Shown: positions 61,902 to 64,000 of the stretch, one piece after another
Position numbering within the stretch: position 1 is the first letter of the stretch
Layout: each line of letters starts with the position of its first letter
Assembly: GCA_043228905.1 (NCBI GenBank)
Contig: JBHGNT010000001.1
Span: forward strand, 19,406,001-19,470,000
Length of the DNA: 64,000 bases
Direction: 5' to 3'
Origin: Azolla caroliniana
Lineage: Eukaryota > Plantae > Polypodiophyta
Program-made: the position numbers and the translations under genes
Notes under the pieces: model-generated
Told to the model about the DNA's origin: nothing
Seen by the model: the letters and a program-made list of their open reading frames with translations, nothing else
The model's database searches: none

Positions 61902-63929
61902 TGTCGTCGAAAAAACCGTCCCTAGGAGAAATTAATGGATGATATGCGTGAACCGGCCCTTACACACGGGCACAATTTTTTATAGATTTATATACATAGT
62001 TAAGTACAAGCCGGTGATGTAACTATCCTAAGTAGCACTAGCTCATTAAGTAGGGAACCGAGGAGAATAACAGGGATTTAACGGTCTGTAAACGGCTCTC
62101 TCCTTGTGCTATAAAAGGAGAGGAAAGGGGCTTGAGTGGGAAGAAGCGGACCGTGCAGAGCAGCAAGTCTGGGAGGTCACTGGATGGGGTGATCCCGTTG
62201 AGGAGAAGACCGGTTTCGTGGAAGTTGCGTGCCAGAACTACGAGGTTCTGATAGAAGACAAGCACGTGGGAAAGGCCGGAGGTGCTGGTCCCTCATAGCG
62301 GTATGAGACCCGGTTCGGGTAGAAGCAAAATGATGTCGGCAACCCCGACGCACCGGACAAAGCGAAGCGGGCCAGTTACTGGCTGAGCACGAAGATCGAG
62401 AGGTCGACAGACCTGCGGAAGGTCCTCAAAGAGTGGATCCTCGACAGCAAGGGAGGTGCTCGAAATCACCAAGGAGTTCCACGATTCCATCGTGGACTTG
62501 GTGAAACGTAAATGGCTCTCGACGGAGCTGGAACCGGAGAAGCCGGTGGAGGTGCAAACGACGCGCCTGGAAGACATGGCCCTAGAATATGAGTTGGTGG
62601 AAAGCCACTATATGAGGTGGCACTGGGCCAGAGCCACTACGGATACCCCTGTTCGGATCGGGGACATCCAGGAGCGAGTGGTGGCATTGATAGACCATGG
62701 CTCGGAGATCAACCTGATGTCCATGGACTTCTATAAGAAGGGGAAGTGGCCAATCAACACCAAGCACGGCTAGAAAATACGCGCGGCGACACGCGCTACG
62801 GAGGAGCTACACAGGGCATGCCCGAACGTGCGTGTCAAGATCGGTGACGTCGTGATCGATCAACACTTTTTCGTGCAGGAGACGTCCTCGCACCAAGTGA
62901 TACTCGACGAGCCGTACATTACGGCGGCACATATGGAGACAAGGGTGTTGGATAACAGTTCAGCGTACGCACGCGTAAAGAGCCAAGATGGACGACACTT
63001 CATCCAATTCCTGATTGTGCAACCGAACCATGAGCGGAACCGGAAAACCCTCGGCAACGGCGAACGAGGGGATTTTTAGAGAGGGCTATCAAGGTGTGGG
63101 GCCGTGAGTCTACGGTATCCGGCCAACATAGGACACCAGTTCAGCAACACAACGCTATGGGAGCTCCAGGTTGGTGGGGGTGGCTTTCTACTGTCGCCGG
63201 AGGAGGACCGGTTTCGGAGAATGCTCAGGAGGCATGGGAAGGCCTTCGCATTCTCGCAAGGAGAGATTGGGTGCGTGGACCCGACGGTCATTGAGCCGAT
63301 GGTTATTTTTACAGTACCGCATGTGCCGTGGAATTTCAAACCGATTCCAGTACCCAGAGCTTACATCCCGATGTTGATGGAGCTGCTAAAGTAGAAGGTG
63401 GAGATGGGCATCCTCGAACCGTCGAGTGCCCCATACTTGAATCGGTGATTTACTGTGCCTAAGAAGAACGGCACGTTGCGCTTCATTCAAGACCTGCAAC
63501 TGATCAATAAAGTGACCATTCGGAACGCAGGAGTCGAACCGACAATCAACGAGTTTGTAGAGGCCTTCGCTGGGAGTTCGATCTATCCGGTCGGGGATCT
63601 ACACTCAGGGTATGACTAGTTCCAACTAGCCGAGGAGAGCAAGGATATCACGACGATGCGGACACCTCTCGGATTAGTGCGGATGCGTACCCTGCCGCAG
63701 GGAGGGACAAACTCAGTGGCGCACATGGTGAATGCGATGAACAAGGTGCCAAGGGACTGCATCCCAGATATCACCATGCCCTTTTTGAACGATATACCAA
63801 TAAAGGGGTGCCCGGTGGAGGATAAGGATGAAACGGTTGGGCTGAACGGATGCCGAAGATTCGTGGTGCACCACATTGACGACTACGAGAAGGTACTGCA
63901 AAGGCTAGGGGGTGCACGACTCACCCTCT
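61902..63929 (+). mobile_element. Gypsy family Z copy 2 (partial LTR, PR, RT start)
   Basis: LTR homologous to 8364-9011; LIDHGSEINLM; RT homologous to 16388-17587. Confidence 0.87.
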
Positions 63930-64000
63930 TGTTATTCCTTAGGGCCGGGCAATGGCCTAACACAAGGTGTCTACGGAAGACACTTCACCAAAGGGTGCTA
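63930..64000 (-). mobile_element. Terminus of another C-lineage LTR (runs off the window)
   Basis: TGTTATTCCTTAGGGCC...GACACTTCACCAAAGGGTG is homologous to 53363-53430. Confidence 0.8.

Noticed and set aside
1-64000. Host genes or captured gene fragments
   Set aside because: Every long ORF is explained by gag/pol or the element-borne accessory ORF.

Overview
This window has no recognisable host genes. It is 64 kb of nested LTR retrotransposons, probably from a non-seed land plant (inferred from Tcn1-like and non-chromovirus gypsy lineages, Angela/Tork-like copias and heavy CpG/CCG decay). LTR ends and target-site duplications (TSDs) resolve about 17 insertions. They include one intact, very young chromovirus (17601-24631, 1467-aa gag-pol), two Tcn1-like self-priming gypsies, a five-level copia nest (34283-60988), a gypsy family with a -1 frameshift after protease, and a gypsy family carrying a conserved accessory ORF after integrase. 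Three signals stand out. (1) The accessory-ORF family has no polypurine tract; a sense copy of the last 17-18 nt of a tRNA-Arg, ending CCA, sits 2 nt before the 3' LTR in two diverged members, suggesting tRNA- or tRNA-mimic-primed plus-strand synthesis. (2) A TSD-flanked hybrid element has two unrelated LTRs, and its junction falls exactly at the end of an 18-nt PBS. (3) The self-priming elements carry a tRNA-derived A/B-box segment built into their LTR ends. All coordinates and alignments were read by eye, and tRNA identities are from memory and need database confirmation.
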